Assembly (NCBI RefSeq): GCF_009914755.1
Contig: NC_060932.1
DNA length: 64,000 bases
Reading direction: 5' to 3' (one strand)
From: the human T2T-CHM13v2.0 reference genome, Homo sapiens
Shown here piece by piece: positions 1 to 15,091 of the stretch. The position numbers and the translations under genes are program-made. Every line of letters begins with the position of its first letter. Within the stretch, counting starts at the first letter, position 1. A model generated the notes under the pieces. That model searched no databases and had not been told where the DNA came from. It saw nothing but the letters and a program-made list of their open reading frames with translations.

Positions 1-65
1 AGGGTTTTATCAGCCCATAGCCTTTAATCATACAGGTGTGACCACCCTGTATTATTTCTGTCTCA
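1..65 (-). mobile_element. Start of ERV 3' LTR (truncated by window edge)
   Basis: Minus strand reads a G-rich polypurine tract (~66-92) followed by TGAGACAGAAATAATACAGGGTGG, a TG-initiated LTR just downstream of env. Confidence 0.75.
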
Positions 66-206
66 TTTCCCCCCGCCCCCCCACCGCTCCCAGAGATTCC
101 TTACCTTATTCTTAGGAATTGATGAGGGAGGAAGTCAGTCTTCTGAATCTACTTCCTGTTGATCAGGGGCATTGACTCTGCATAGTGAGGACATAGAAAT
201 TTCTGG

Positions 207-580
207 CTACCTGTCTAAGGGTCCCAAGGGTGGATCATCAGTCGAATCCAAGGCAGGGACTGGCTGGAATCCTAGCATAACCATAGTTTTGACGTGGAAC
301 TGTTGCAACCTGGAAGACACAAACTTTGCAAGGAGGTTAAACAAAGACCAAAGAGTAGCCATAATACAATAGCAATTAAAGGTCCCAGGAAAGGTGGGTA
401 CCATGTCACACTTGGTAGATATCCTTTGATGGAATCCAGATAGTTTGAGCAGTGGGGTTATTGAAATTATGAGGCCAGGTAGCCTATTGGTAAGTCTTTT
501 GAACTTGCAGTTCAACTAAATCCTGAATTGTTGATATAAGAACAACATGTGTGGTTTATTACTATGCAAACCCCTCTGAG
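207..580 (-). pseudogene. env: Class I (gamma-like) ERV env transmembrane subunit remnant
   Basis: Minus translation GVCIVINHTCCSYINNSG (CX6CC motif), frameshifted membrane span (..GPLIAIVLWLLFG) and tail LFNLLAKFVSSRLQQFHVK. Confidence 0.9.
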
Positions 581-1730
581 AGGTTCATGCTCTGGCCCTG
601 TCAGGGCCTCATATAGTGACTTAGTAATGAACCCAAATCCTAGGATTCAAATCCTGCAAAATCCTGTCATACCCAGGAAGGCTCTGAATTATTTCTTCAT
701 TTGTGGAGGTGTCACCTTTTAAACAACCTCCTTTCGTTTGATGGACAAGGTCTGATTTTCTGGTCTTAGGATGTACCTCAGATATTTTGCCTCTGGTTTA
801 GAAATCTGGGCCTTGGATGGAGAGCTCCAGTACTCTTTCTCCTAGGAAGTCTAAGACTTGAATGCCATTCTTATCTGAGTCCTCTTTAGTGGGACTGCAT
901 ACCAGGATGTCATCTACATATTGGAATATTTGCTCCCCTGTCTAACTCTAGCTCCCTTAATTCTCATGCCAAGATGTTTCAGAACAAATTAGGGGTATCC
1001 CTAAAGCCCTGAGGCAGTACTGTTCAGGCGTACTGCTGGGAAATACTAGTTTCAGAATAGGGTCACTCAAAAGCAAATAATTGAGAGAATATTGAGAGTT
1101 GGGGAGCAAAGGGATACAAAAGAAAGCATCCTTAAGATCTAATATCGTGAACCAATTGGTGTCTCCCAGTATTTGGGTAATTATAAGTATTAGACACTAT
1201 AGGATGTAAGGGAGTTATGGTCTCATTAATGGCTCATAAATCTTGAACTAGATGATATTCTTTGGTTTCTGAACAGAGGGGACAGGAATATTGCAAGGAG
1301 ACTGACATGGAACCAGGAGGCCATGTTTTAAAAACTTCTCAGTTGGAGCCCGTCTTTGCCTGGCTTTTGGTTTGAGGGGATATTAATGCTTCTATGGGAA
1401 ATTATTTTTGTCTTTTAAAGAGGGGCTCACTGGCTGATCCTGTATTGCTTTCCCAGGGGTTTTTTGATTTCATACTTGTGGGGCTATTTGGGACCTTATT
1501 TCGAGGAGGTGGATCTCCTGTTTTTCTCAGGCTGGCTTAGAAACAACAATCATTGCCAATAAGGCTCCCCAGGGCCTCATAAATGTAAAGTGGCTCCAAG
1601 GGTGGCTAGGAAGTCCCATCCCAATAAAGGAGCTGGACATTCTGGCATAACTAGAAACTCATGAGTGACCATATAGTTTTCTAGCCTGCAGCTCAAGGGT
1701 AATGCAAAGCATTTTTATTTTGGTGTACTG
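581..1730 (-). pseudogene. pol: Class I ERV protease C-terminus plus reverse transcriptase, degraded
   Basis: Minus translation gives HEFLVMPECPAPLLG (protease), FTILDLKDAFFCIPL, VLPQGFRDTP, QYVDDILV (YVDD at 909-920) and RAFLGMTGFCRI, with stops and frameshifts. Confidence 0.93.
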
Positions 1731-1963
1731 GCAAATTTTAAAATTTTTATTTAATATGGGATGAGAACTCCAAAAGTAGGAAAGTCCGAGGCCTATGACG
1801 TTCCTAAAATAGCTCTGCTCCTATGGCTGGCATGGTCATGGAATCCTTAAGAAATGAGCCATAGTATGGCATGCCAGGTGAGGCAGGGTCTGAGGGGTAT
1901 TCATTGGTCCCCCTGACCTGTTACTCTCCTTTGATAGGTAGAAAATCAGATAGCATAGGATGA

Positions 1964-2315
1964 GTGTCTTATTGGGCTGCTATACCAAAATACCATAAAA
2001 CGAGCAACTTATAAAGAGTAGAAATTTATTTCTCACAGTTCTGGAGGCTGGGAAGTCCAAGAACAAGACACTGGCAGATTCAATGTCTGGCGGAGGCCAG
2101 CTCTCTGGTTCGTAGATGGCGTCTTCTTGCTGTGTCCTCACATGGTGGAAGAGGCAATAGGTCTCTTTCAGGCCTTTGTTTTAAGGGTACTAAGCCCATT
2201 CATGAGGATACCACCCTCATGACCTAATCGACCCAGAGGCTGCACCTCCTAATATCATCAGGGTTAGGATTTTAACATAGGCAATTTGGGGAGACACAAA
2301 CATTCAGGCCAGAGA
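1964..2315 (-). mobile_element. MaLR solo LTR (MLT1A-like)
   Basis: Typical gctgctata..aaatacc..tctcacagttctggaggctgggaagtccaag and ggagacacaaacattcag ends. Confidence 0.85.
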
Positions 2316-2536
2316 AGGGATCCTGGCAGAGACTGAGGGATGAACTGGACCAGGAGTCCATGAACTCTTTCTTGTTAGTGGATGCTCTTTGGTTTTTCAA
2401 TAGTAAGACAATTAATGACTTAACTTTGATTTATGCTTAACTTTATTTTAAATTTTAGCAGTATTCACTGATCCCTTCCAGTTGCAGCAACAGCCCTAGA
2501 GAAAGAAAATGAACTCTTGTAGTATTTTGGCAATAG

Positions 2537-2899
<363 letters not shown>

Positions 2900-4396
2900 T
2901 AAGTATATCATCCCCTTGTGTTGAGGTATGTATAGTGCCATCTTCTTCTTCCGTGAAAGACGCATCCTGTCAGTGGGGAGTGCTAGATAAACCAGTAGGG
3001 GGTACTGTGTGGAACTGGAAAAAAAAAAAAAAAGAAACAGAAGCAGCCCCTGGTATGGAAAGAAGAGGAAATGCTTCTGTTGGGAGTTTGAGGCTCCCAG
3101 AAGTGGTCTGGATATCCAGCAATTCAGTTCAAGCTTATTCCTCTCAGAAATACCGGATGAAAGCATTTGTATTTTTAAGAGACTCAGGAGAATAACTGCC
3201 AGAATGCTCACCAGTCCAAAAAAAAAAAAAAACACACATTATGTCCAATGTGGATTTAGTAGCTAGAGAAGTTGGCAAGTGTGTGTGTGTGTATATGTGT
3301 GTGGCTCAGGAGGGGGATGGGATTTGGTTCTTTTCAAAAGGAGACTTCAATTTGTAGAATAAGCCACACTAGGCTTGCTTTATAAGAAACTTCCTTGTCA
3401 TTTATTATGCCCCGTGATTGATAACAATGAGTTTTGCATCCATTGTTTTTTCAGGAAGTTATTGAGCAAAGGTGTTCCTCACCTTCCTAGGAGGGGCAAG
3501 GCAGAGTTGTCTGTGATTTTTTTGAAAGACTACTGAACCTGAAACACAGCTTAGGAAAGTGAGGCCTGTGGAAATGTGAGCAGGATGTGCAAACTTGCCG
3601 AATGGAGCACCTGAGCTAACTGCAGAGCTAGAAAGAAGCCAAGAACAGGGAGCGTAAAGTTTACCTGGCTTATTGAACATGTGTCATCTCTGACATACAT
3701 CACTAAACACGAAGCTGAGACAAAGGCAACTTCCTCCTCATGGTGTTGCTGTTTGCTCTTGACATCAGGGTATTCTTAGGCTGGCAGTGTGAGAGAGGGA
3801 TGTGGCTGTGATCTGGCTCATGGGGACTCAGGCCCCAGTGACCTTCAGCTGTGAGCCCAATCTAAAAAAAGGCAAGTTACAGCACACCTGGGTGTGCAAG
3901 CCCCATCTCCCGGTATCCTTTTCACTAAATCAGGGGAGGATGTTATGTTTCTCTGGTGGCAGGTCCTGAGGGACTTGAACTGCCCTGCAGGGCTCCCACT
4001 CTTTTCCTTCCAGCTCTGCCATCTCACTTTAAAGAGATGATGAAATCCAAAACTCTACTTTACATAGCTAGTAGCAGGTATCAGGTGTGCTAACCAAGTT
4101 TTCTATGATTCTCTTAAAAGTTAAGCTCCCCTGGTGAATTTTCAAATATTTAGATTTTACAAGAATTCAATTTCCATTCAGCTTTTAGATACTGTATATA
4201 TTGACTTAAGGGAGGGACACATGAAATTGAAAATTTAACAGATGACTACATTTTTAAAAATGTCTAAAATTATGTAAAGAACAATTATTGTGTTGGTGTT
4301 CAGTTCTGAGTTTTGAGAAATGCATAGTCATGTAATCACCACAATAATCAGGTTCACAATAGTTCCATTACCACTTCCCCAAATTTCCTCATGCTG

Positions 4397-4725
4397 TTTT
4401 TTGTTTTTGTTTTTCTTTTGGATGGGGTCTTGCTCTGTTGCTAAGCTGGAGTGCAGTGGTGTTATCTCAGCTCACTGAAACCTCCAACTCTCTGGTTCAA
4501 GCAATTCTCCTGCCTCAGTACTCTCAGCTACTCAGCTACTCTTCTCCTGAGTAGCTGGGATTACAGGCATGCACTGCCGTGCTCAGCTAATTTTTTTTTG
4601 TATTTTTAGTAGAAACGGGGTTTCACCATGTTGGCCAGGATTGTCTTGATCTCCTGACCTAACAATTCACCTGCCTCAGCCTCCCAAAGTGCTGGGATTA
4701 CAGGCGCGAACCACCATGCCTGGCC
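4397..4725 (-). mobile_element. AluS with an internal ~25-bp templated insertion
   Basis: Alu dimer with short TSD atgctg; extra bases at ~4519-4543. Confidence 0.93.
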
Positions 4726-6592
4726 ATGCTGCTCTTTTTTAGTCACCTCCTCCCGCCGTTCCTAACCCTTGACAAACAGTTCTCCATCTCTATAGTTTAG
4801 CCTTTTTCAGAATGTCACAAATGTCACATAAATTGTAGACTATTGTCTATTGTATGAATGTACCACAGTTTGTTTATTCATTCAGCAACAAAGGGCATTT
4901 AGATTGTTTCTAGTTTTTGGTGATTATGAATCAAGCTACTCCTGTTATCTGCACACACATGTTTGTATGAACGTAAGTTTTCATTTCTGTAGGATAATTA
5001 CCAATAACCAGCAATAATTGTGCCTTGGATAAACCTCATTGGCTATGATACTGCCACTATGCAAAGCTAAACAATTCTTGTTTTCAATAATCATACATAT
5101 TTGGAAAAACTTAAGAACAAAAAAGTCTATTATTTTTATCCATTTAAAATAATTTCTGTTGCTCTTCGTTTTTACAAAATTACTAAAGTTATAGGTTTCC
5201 CTTTGGTATCATTTTCCTTCAGTCTGAAGAACTTCCTTCCCCATTTAGTTTAGAGCAGATCATCTGGTGGCAAATTCCTAGTTCTCCTCCCTCTGAAAAT
5301 GTCTTTCTTTTTCATTCTGGAACAGCCTGGGTTGACAATTCTCTGTTAGCATGTTAGAGATCCTGTTCCATTGTCTTCTAGCCTCCATGGTTCCGGATGA
5401 GAAATCTGCAGTCATCTGAATTGATATCTCCTACATGTAATGTGTCATTTTTCTGTGGCTGTTTTCAAGGTTTTTTTTCCCCTTCATATCTGGTTTTTAT
5501 CAGTTTGATTATAATTTGTTGCTTTTTGTTGAGTTTGTCTTGCTTGAGATTCACTGAGATTTTAAAATTTGTAAAACGTTGTCTTTCACAAAATTTGGAA
5601 ATTTTTCATCCTATTTCTTTAAATATTGTTTCTGCACCAATCTCTTTCTTATTCTGGGACCAGTGACATGAATGTTGGAATTTTTGATGAATGTTAGAAT
5701 TTTTGATATCATCCCACAAGTTCCTAAGGCTCAGTTTGTTTGTTTTATAATCCGTTTTTTTCTCTCTTTTTCAGATTTGAAATTTACGAGTGATCTATAT
5801 TCAGATTCACTCACTCTTTCATCATCTTTAATCTATTTTTGGGCCCTTGCAATGAATTCTTTACTTCAGATATTATATTCTCAATTATAAACTTTCCATT
5901 TTGAAAAGATAATTTTCCTCTGATGACTATGTTTATCTTTACATTTTTGTCAAAAGTGTTTATTTGTATTTCATAGTGTTTGGTTAATAATACTGCTTTG
6001 AAGCCTTTGTCAGATAATTTGGATTATCTCATATTTGGCATTTTTAATTGTCTGTTCTTGAGATTTGGTGACATTTTCCTGGTTGTTGGCATGTTAAGTA
6101 GCTTTGGATGGTATTCTAAACACTTTGAATATTATGTGATAAGAGTTTGAGTTATAGTAAAATACTCTAGAGGATGTTTTTATTTGTTTGTTTTAGCAGG
6201 CAATCAACCTGATTGTGTTTGAACCGTAAGTTCTGTTTCACCCTCTGGGGATGGGCCCAATGTCAGTTTAATTTTCAAAGTCTTTCTTATGCTATGTAAA
6301 TCTGCCCCATGCATGGTGCCTCAGAGTTTAGTTTGGACTTTTCAGTGGTTTGTATGATAGTTCAGTTCTCAAGTCTTTACTATGCTTCATTGGATCTGTT
6401 CTATGCATGTGAGGTTCAATGGTGAGCTTGAGATTTGTGTTAGTTCCTACACAGAATTACGGTATCTGCTTCTCCAGCTCTTTTCTCTACATAATTTCCC
6501 ACATACTGTATGATCCTATGGGTTTCTTTCCTGATTCCTCTGGCCAGAAGTATGGGTTTCTTTAAGAGTTTTAGCCCCTGTCCCCATCCTAG

Positions 6593-6973
<381 letters not shown>

Positions 6974-7018
6974 AGGAGCTTTTCTCTTCAGTCTTATGTG
7001 CCCTTGCCACTGCAGTGA

Positions 7019-7604
<586 letters not shown>

Positions 7605-7799
7605 CCTGGTCATTCTTTAAGTTTGATCTTTCCTCCCCAATCCACCTGCTATTATTTAGTTTTTAGAGTCCTCAGTAGTTGGTTTTTATATTCCTCAGAA
7701 TTGTTGTTGTAATTAATGGAAGCTACAGGCTATAGTAAACCTACTCCATTTTAGCCAGCACTGGAAGTACTTGAACTGCTGAATTATAACATTTGCTGG

Positions 7800-8370
7800 T
7801 CTTATTGCTTGTCTACCCTCCAGCATTGGAACCCTCTTAGAAGGCTAATCAATTCCCATCGTGGCAACTTCTCCCCAGTGCCACAGTTGTTTGTGCTCTA
7901 GAGGACTCTAACACTGCTCCTTTTAGAAACTTTGCAGCAACCAGCAGGTCCATGCCTCACAGCTCTGTTATCCTTGGTCAGGTTCCAGTCGGACGCCTCC
8001 CTGGTCATCTATCTCTAAGACTCTCATGTCCATAAGCGTTGGAGCTGTCTCTCCATGACCCACACTTCTATTTCTTCATTTACTCTAAACTGTTCCCTTT
8101 TGCCCTCTGCGAACACACTCCCCTACATCCTAGCCTCTTCTCATAATGTTTTCTTTTTTACCTTCTTGTCTTAATTAAAACCTTGTTCTTATCCTGAGGA
8201 CACTTACTTCTCTGCATTCCTCCCAAGAAGAGGGTGCTTCATTTCCCACTTCCTTGCACAGTTTTGTCCTTTCTCCTTCTTGCCTCAATGGAAAGATAAG
8301 TGTATCTCCCTTTCTAAAGTGAGGCCCCTCTGTTTGTGCACTTGATTCCCTCCTTTGCCCATCTCCTCAG
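7800..8370 (+). mobile_element. L2 fragment (endonuclease region)
   Basis: cttcttgtcttaattaaaaccttg..cctgaggacac resembles the L2 LALTETWLSPEDT-coding segment; C/T-rich. Confidence 0.55.
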
Positions 8371-8640
8371 TTCTGGCCAATGCAGTAAAATAAGAAATTA
8401 AAACAAGAGCAAAAAATATTTAAAAGGAGACAAAATTATTCTTATTATAAAACATAATACAAATATAATGATTTACCTAGAAATTCAAGAAAAATCAGCT
8501 GAAAAACCAATGGAACATATAATGAATTTATTGAAATATTAAGTTGTCCCCAAAGCACTAATATTTACAAGCAAGATCAATTTAATAGAATTGCCCTTTA
8601 CTTCTCTCCTGGTATGCACTCTGCCTTTACTATATACTAA

Positions 8641-9009
<369 letters not shown>

Positions 9010-9579
9010 AACAATTTTTAAAATTAAGTTATATTCCCACCTCATACCTTATACCATATACTGAAACAAATTCAGATGAATTAAAAAATTGATGTAAAAG
9101 ATAAAACCAAACCAAACTAAACAAAAATAATGGATTTTTTTTCTGCAAAGGTAGAAACTACAAAGCAAAACATAAGTAGAGTGACTACATAAAAATGGTA
9201 AATGTCTGTATATCAAAAAAATGCAATATCATAAGGTGTATATAGAAACTCTGGATTATGCTGGCAACTTTTCTGTAAATCTAAAATTCCTCCAAAACAA
9301 AAAATCATAAGCACACTTTCACATACACTCACATACACAATATCTACAAATATTACAAAATTTATCCTTTCCACTTCTGGAGTTTATCTTCCAGATATAC
9401 TTGCACATGTGCAAAATGGCGATTTTGGTAACTTCTCCAGGCTCCACCCTTGCCAGATTATTTGAAATGGCAAAAACTGTATAAAACCTAAATGACGATT
9501 ACAAAGGACTGATTAAAAAATTATGGTACATTCATATAATGGAATACCGTCCATTTGTTTAAATTACAAAGAAACATCT

Positions 9580-10153
9580 AAAGAACTAAAAGCAGAACTA
9601 CCATTTGATCCAGCAATCCAGCTACTGGGTATCTACCCAGAGGAAAAGAAGTCATTATACAAAAAAGATACTTGCACACCCATGTTTATAGCAGCACAAT
9701 TCACAATTGCAAAAATGTGGAACAAACCTAAATGCCCATCAATCAATGAGTGGATAAAGAAACTGTGATACACACACACACACACAAAATGAAATACTAC
9801 TCAGCCATAAAAAGGAATGAATTAATGGCATTCATAGCAGCCTGGATGGATTGGAGACTATTAGTCTAAGGGAAGTAACTCAGGAATGGAAAACTAAACG
9901 TCGTATGTTCTCACTCATAAGTGGAAGCTAAACTACGAGGATGCAAAGGCATAAGAATGACACAATGGACTTTGGGGACTCAGGGGGAAATGGTAGGAAG
10001 AGGGTGAGAGATAAAAGACTACAAATTGGGTTCAGTATATACTGCTCGGGTGATGGGCACACCAAAATCTCACAAATCACCACTACAGAACTTACCCATG
10101 TAACCAAATATCACCTGTTCCCCAATAACCTATGGAAATAAAAATAAATTAAT
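9580..10153 (+). mobile_element. 5'-truncated L1 (L1PB-like 3' end)
   Basis: ORF2 C-terminus [26 protein letters not shown], 3'UTR and A-tail; degenerate TSD aattacaaagaaacatct / aatcacaaggaaacatct. Confidence 0.9.
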
Positions 10154-10498
10154 GAATCACAAGGAAACATCTGAAACAGAAAGGTATCAAACACACCTGT
10201 TTTTTTTTAAGTAAAAAAATTGCTAAATTTTGTTTAAACTAAAAAACTCACACACAAAAAAATAAAACAGAGTGTTACAATATGCTATCTTTGGGTAAGA
10301 TGGGATAAGAATATATATTTATATTGCTCATCTGTGCAAAAAGAAACCCTCAAAGGATACACAGAACCCTCACAACAATGGCCAGGGGAGGTTATGACAG
10401 CAATGGTGGTGAAGGTGAGGTGTGGAAGGGAGACCGTGCATATATATAAGTCAATTCTAAAGTTAGGTCTGTGACTTTTGAGTCATGTGAATGCATTA

Positions 10499-10640
10499 TT
10501 TTTGTTTTGTTTTGTTTTGTTTAAGAAACAGGGTCTTGCTATGTTACCAGGCTGGCCTTGAACTCCTGGGCTCAAGTGATTCTTCTGCCTCAGCCTCCCA
10601 AAGCGCTGGGATTATAGACGTAAGCTACCACAGCTGGCTG
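10499..10640 (-). mobile_element. Free left Alu monomer (FLAM-like)
   Basis: Single monomer with (TTTTG)n tail. Confidence 0.85.
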
Positions 10641-10801
10641 CAAAATCTATTTTAATACTTAAATTAAAAAACAAGCTCTTTCCCCAATAAAATCCTCCAA
10701 AGTGCCATGAACAGCACTGAAGGCAAACAGAGTGGGGCTGTCATGGCAGAACTTCAGGCATCTGTCAGAAGCACGCATGGAAGACATTCTTGTTAAGTCC
10801 T

Positions 10802-10811
10802 GGGACTTTCC
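10802..10811 (+). promoter_or_regulatory. Perfect NF-kB motif GGGACTTTCC
   Basis: Exact match to the classic kB site; function not shown. Confidence 0.35.
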
Positions 10812-13659
10812 CTCAGCACTCAGAACCTCTGATTATATCAACAAGTATTTAGTCAGCCTTCCTGAAGGTTCTGTTTTCACTTTTACACCAGGCTGGTTAT
10901 TCCACATGCCATCAAGACTGGAAACCCCAGGAAAGGAAAATCAGCGAAATTCCTCTCCAAGTGTTGCAGAGGAGGGCTCCTACGGTGAGCCCACTGGCTA
11001 CTTCTCTCCACTGCTCAGGAAACCACCCACAATATAAGTAGTCAGCAGTGGGATTTCCAGCTGTCTAGAAGTGGCTATGTCCTCTTGGTGAACTCAGTAA
11101 ATCCAGTCATCTGCACACACGCCCATGTTTCCCAGGAATAACCATCTGGTGTTGGGATGTACAATAGAGCCTGAATATTTGCAACAAACCAGTCTTTCTT
11201 TGGCTTAATCTCCTTCTCAAAACTTCAGGTATTCCAACTCCTCATTCCTTCCTGTTGTCCTTCAGAGTTCCTGGAGTCTCCTATGGGCTCAGGAATGGCC
11301 ATCTGGATTTGTCCATGTTGTCCTCCTCTGTGGTTTGATCTTATCAAGCAGCTTCCAGGGTCTCTACAGTAATCTCCTCCCCAGAACCCTGCAGTGTTGC
11401 TGGGGCCCGACAGGAGGAGTTGCCAACAGTCTTTGCATTTCTGTGGCCTTTTGACACCTCCATTCTGTACTCCAACAAGTAAATGCTAAAGTGTGGAAAC
11501 TGCCTTCTACCTTCACAACCTTTCATTGTGACAGGACTGCCAAGCTTTGAGCCCCACCATGAGCACTGAGAGTCCTAGGAATCCTAGGCCCCCAGCAGCA
11601 GTCACTGGAGGCTGGCAGAGAGAATAATCCTAATGCATGCCTTTCTGTATTTAAAATGACCTCACCCCCCAGTTCCAGCCATTTCCCCCAAATAGTGCTG
11701 TGATCCTCAGCCTCACCATGCCCCTGACCCTGATGGGTTCCTTTTTTATCCATTTACCTTTCCAGTGAGTAAAGGGGAGGCTTTCATTAGAGAAGGGTTA
11801 AGAGTCTTGGTCTTGGGAACTGGGAGTCAAGAAGGCATTAAAAAGCTTCCAGGGATGTCTGGACATCGCTGGATTTACAGTGAGAACATGACTTAGGCCT
11901 TCCTTCTGATGTTTCAATACACACATACACACACATGCACACAAACAACACACACAAAGCATGCAACAATTGTACAATTATGGAACTGGCAGAAATGCAA
12001 ACAGCCTCAAACAGCTTTAGTTACAATCATGGGGTGAACTCATCCCTGACATCTTGAATATCTTTCTCATTTTTTTCCCTTCTTACTGCATATCTCTAGA
12101 TTTAAGACTTAATTGAGGCATGTGGGCAGCCAAAGCAGGCTAATCAATTTGATGTCTTTTAAAACTAATATTCTTCAAATTTTTTTTTAGTGTCTATTTA
12201 GGGGAATGGCTGATGGCTGCATGAAGTGGGGGACTCAGAGAATCAAAGAAGAAGAATGGTAGTGGCAAGAGTATCCCCCTGACTAACATCCTCAGCCATC
12301 CAGCTCTCACCTAAACCTGCTTTTACCCAGCCCTGCCCTTTTAAAGGAAGTCAAGTGGCCGTGTGTTGTTATTTGAGCATGTGTCTTTGGGGTTTCCTCC
12401 TCACTCCAATAGAATCATCAGAGTTTTATTTCCAGTTACATCCTTGAAAGAAATACAGGCACACGTAATCACACAATTATCCATTTGGTTATGTTTCTGG
12501 TAACATTTTAGTGGCTCTTATAGATGGGCAGTCTAGACAGTTATCAATAGTTCCGTCTTCTCAATCTAGTCTTGGTTTTTTGTGGTCTCATTCTTGCATA
12601 GCTGATTGGGTTTCTCTCTCCCTACTGTGTAGAAGACCCTTACTTAATTGCTACTTCCTTAATGATGCCTTTCCCAGGAACAAAACTCCATGGTGACTTT
12701 GTGTTGCTCTGATAGCCCTTCTCATGGGTGGTAACTCTGTCATTTGTTTTCCATCTGTCCATCCATTCCACAGACAGTGATTACAACCAGGATTGCTGCT
12801 GGGCTGTGAAAATACTAAAAACAATGAGGCAATGTGTCTACCTTCAAGAGGTTTACAGTCTATAATCTGTGCTATACTGTAATGATTTCTGTGACTGCGT
12901 TTGATATTTCTAGCTAAATTGAGTCTTGAAATCAGGGACCTTACCTTTTTTTTCTTCGGCCAGTGTTGCACAGCTGGGTTCCCCGGAAGCAGAGGCTGCA
13001 ATGGTTCATGTGCAGGAGGTTTGGGGATCAACCCTTAAAGAAGTGAGGACACACGATTGGGTGAGGGAAAACTTGAGCTGTGATGCAGTTCCAAAAGAAG
13101 CCATCGCCAACCCTGGGGGGATTCCTGAAAGTAGGATGACCCTTCAGAGCCATCCTAAGTTGGGAATAACTGGTTTATCCTAAGTTGGGGGTAACTGGGG
13201 CCATGTCATATGTAGCTTTTCAAAAATTCACACTGAATAGAAATCCATTCCAATGGGGTTCACTTCTTGATAGCTGTAGTATGGGGTAAGAATGGTCTGA
13301 AATTGCTGCCTCTTAGCGTCTCATTCACTCTGAGTCTACTCAGCTATAACAGGTGCACCTTTAGGTGAATCTGTGTGCACACCACTCAGCTTTCTATCTG
13401 GGGCCTCTCAGCTCCAGAGAACAGCTGCAGCCACATTCCTGAATTCACATTTGGAAACCTCCTGTATGCTCTGTGTGCGGCAGGTCAGAAAATCTACTTG
13501 TCAAGTCCGGGATGTTGGAATTATGTAATATTTTCTGCAATGGAATTTCTTGGTATTATCCCTAACAGTACTATAATAATCTCCATTATCGTCTCTATTC
13601 TCTGCCTACTTAGACCATCTCATTTGTTAAGGCCCAACTAAACTGCACTTTAATCAAAT

Positions 13660-14072
13660 AACACTGAGCAACTACTGGGTGAATAGAACAAGAAGGTGGA
13701 GGAAGTTTGAATTTGCTCTTTCTCATTAAAGTGGGTCATCCATCCTGTTGCTGCTCTCTGATATCAGTGCTTCTGGTTCCCAGGCCTTTGGACTCAGACC
13801 AAGACTTACACTATTTATAACGCCCAGACCCCCGCCAGGTTCTCAGGCCTTCAGACTTGGACTTGGACTTAAACCATTGGTTCTCTGGGTTCTTGGGCCT
13901 TTGTCCTTGGATTGTAAATGCACCAACTGCTTTCCTGGGCCCCCAGCTTGCAGATGACAGATCATGGAACTTCTCAATCTCCATAACTGTGTAAGCCAAT
14001 CCTTCATAATAAATCTATTCTACATATCTCTCTATATCCTGTTGGTTCTGTTTTTCCAGAGCACTCTAATAC
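13660..14072 (+). mobile_element. ERVL LTR (MLT2-type), partial
   Basis: ggttctcaggccttcagactt..cttgcagatgacagatcatgg..tatcctgttggttctgttt..ctaataca. Confidence 0.85.
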
Positions 14073-14127
14073 AGATATCTTTTGTCTTAGCTCAGACTGC
14101 CATAACAAAATACCATAGACCAGGTAG

Positions 14128-14454
<327 letters not shown>

Positions 14455-14704
14455 CAGACATTTATTTCTTACAGTTCTGGAGGTTGGGAAGTCCAAGACG
14501 AAGGTGCTGACAGATTTTGTTCCTAATGAGGGTTCCCTTTCTCTGGCCTGTAGACAGCTGCTTCTCACTATGTTCTCACATGGCCGAGAAGTGAGGGGAG
14601 AGAGTGAGCGAGCGAGCTCTGGTCTTTCTTTCTCTTCTTATGTTAGAATACTTAGGTTTCTTCTTCCTCTTCTTAGGTTAGAACAGTAATCCCTTTGAGG
14701 GGCC

Positions 14705-15091
14705 TGCTACATTTTTTATGGGTCTCCTCCAAAATTCAGACAAGGCCAATGTAATAGTATTAAGAGGTGGGGTCTTTGAAAGATGATTAGGCCATGAGAG
14801 CTTATCCCTCATGAAGTAGGTGCCCTTATAAAAAGACTTGATGGAGGAGTTCTGCCCTTTTACCTTCCTGTCTTCGGGCATGTGAGGACACAGTGTTCCC
14901 CCTCTTCAGAGGATAGAGTGTTCAAGGCACCATTTTGGAAGCAGAGACCAAGCCTTTGTCAGACAACAAACCTACTGATGCCTTAATCTTGGACTTCCCA
15001 GCCTCTAGAACTGTAAGAAAACAAATTTCTATTCTTTATAATTTACCCAGTCTCAGGTATTTTGTCGGAGAAGCATAAGCACACTAAGACA
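14705..15091 (+). mobile_element. MaLR solo LTR (MST/MLT1A-like)
   Basis: TG...CA ends (tgctac..ctaagaca) with 5-bp TSD GGGCC at 14700-14704 and 15092-15096. Confidence 0.88.

Noticed and set aside
10690-11530. Possible decayed protein-coding remnant on the minus strand (purine-rich, repeated ccagatgg..attcctg motif)
   Set aside because: No frame gave a recognisable family; would need a translated database search
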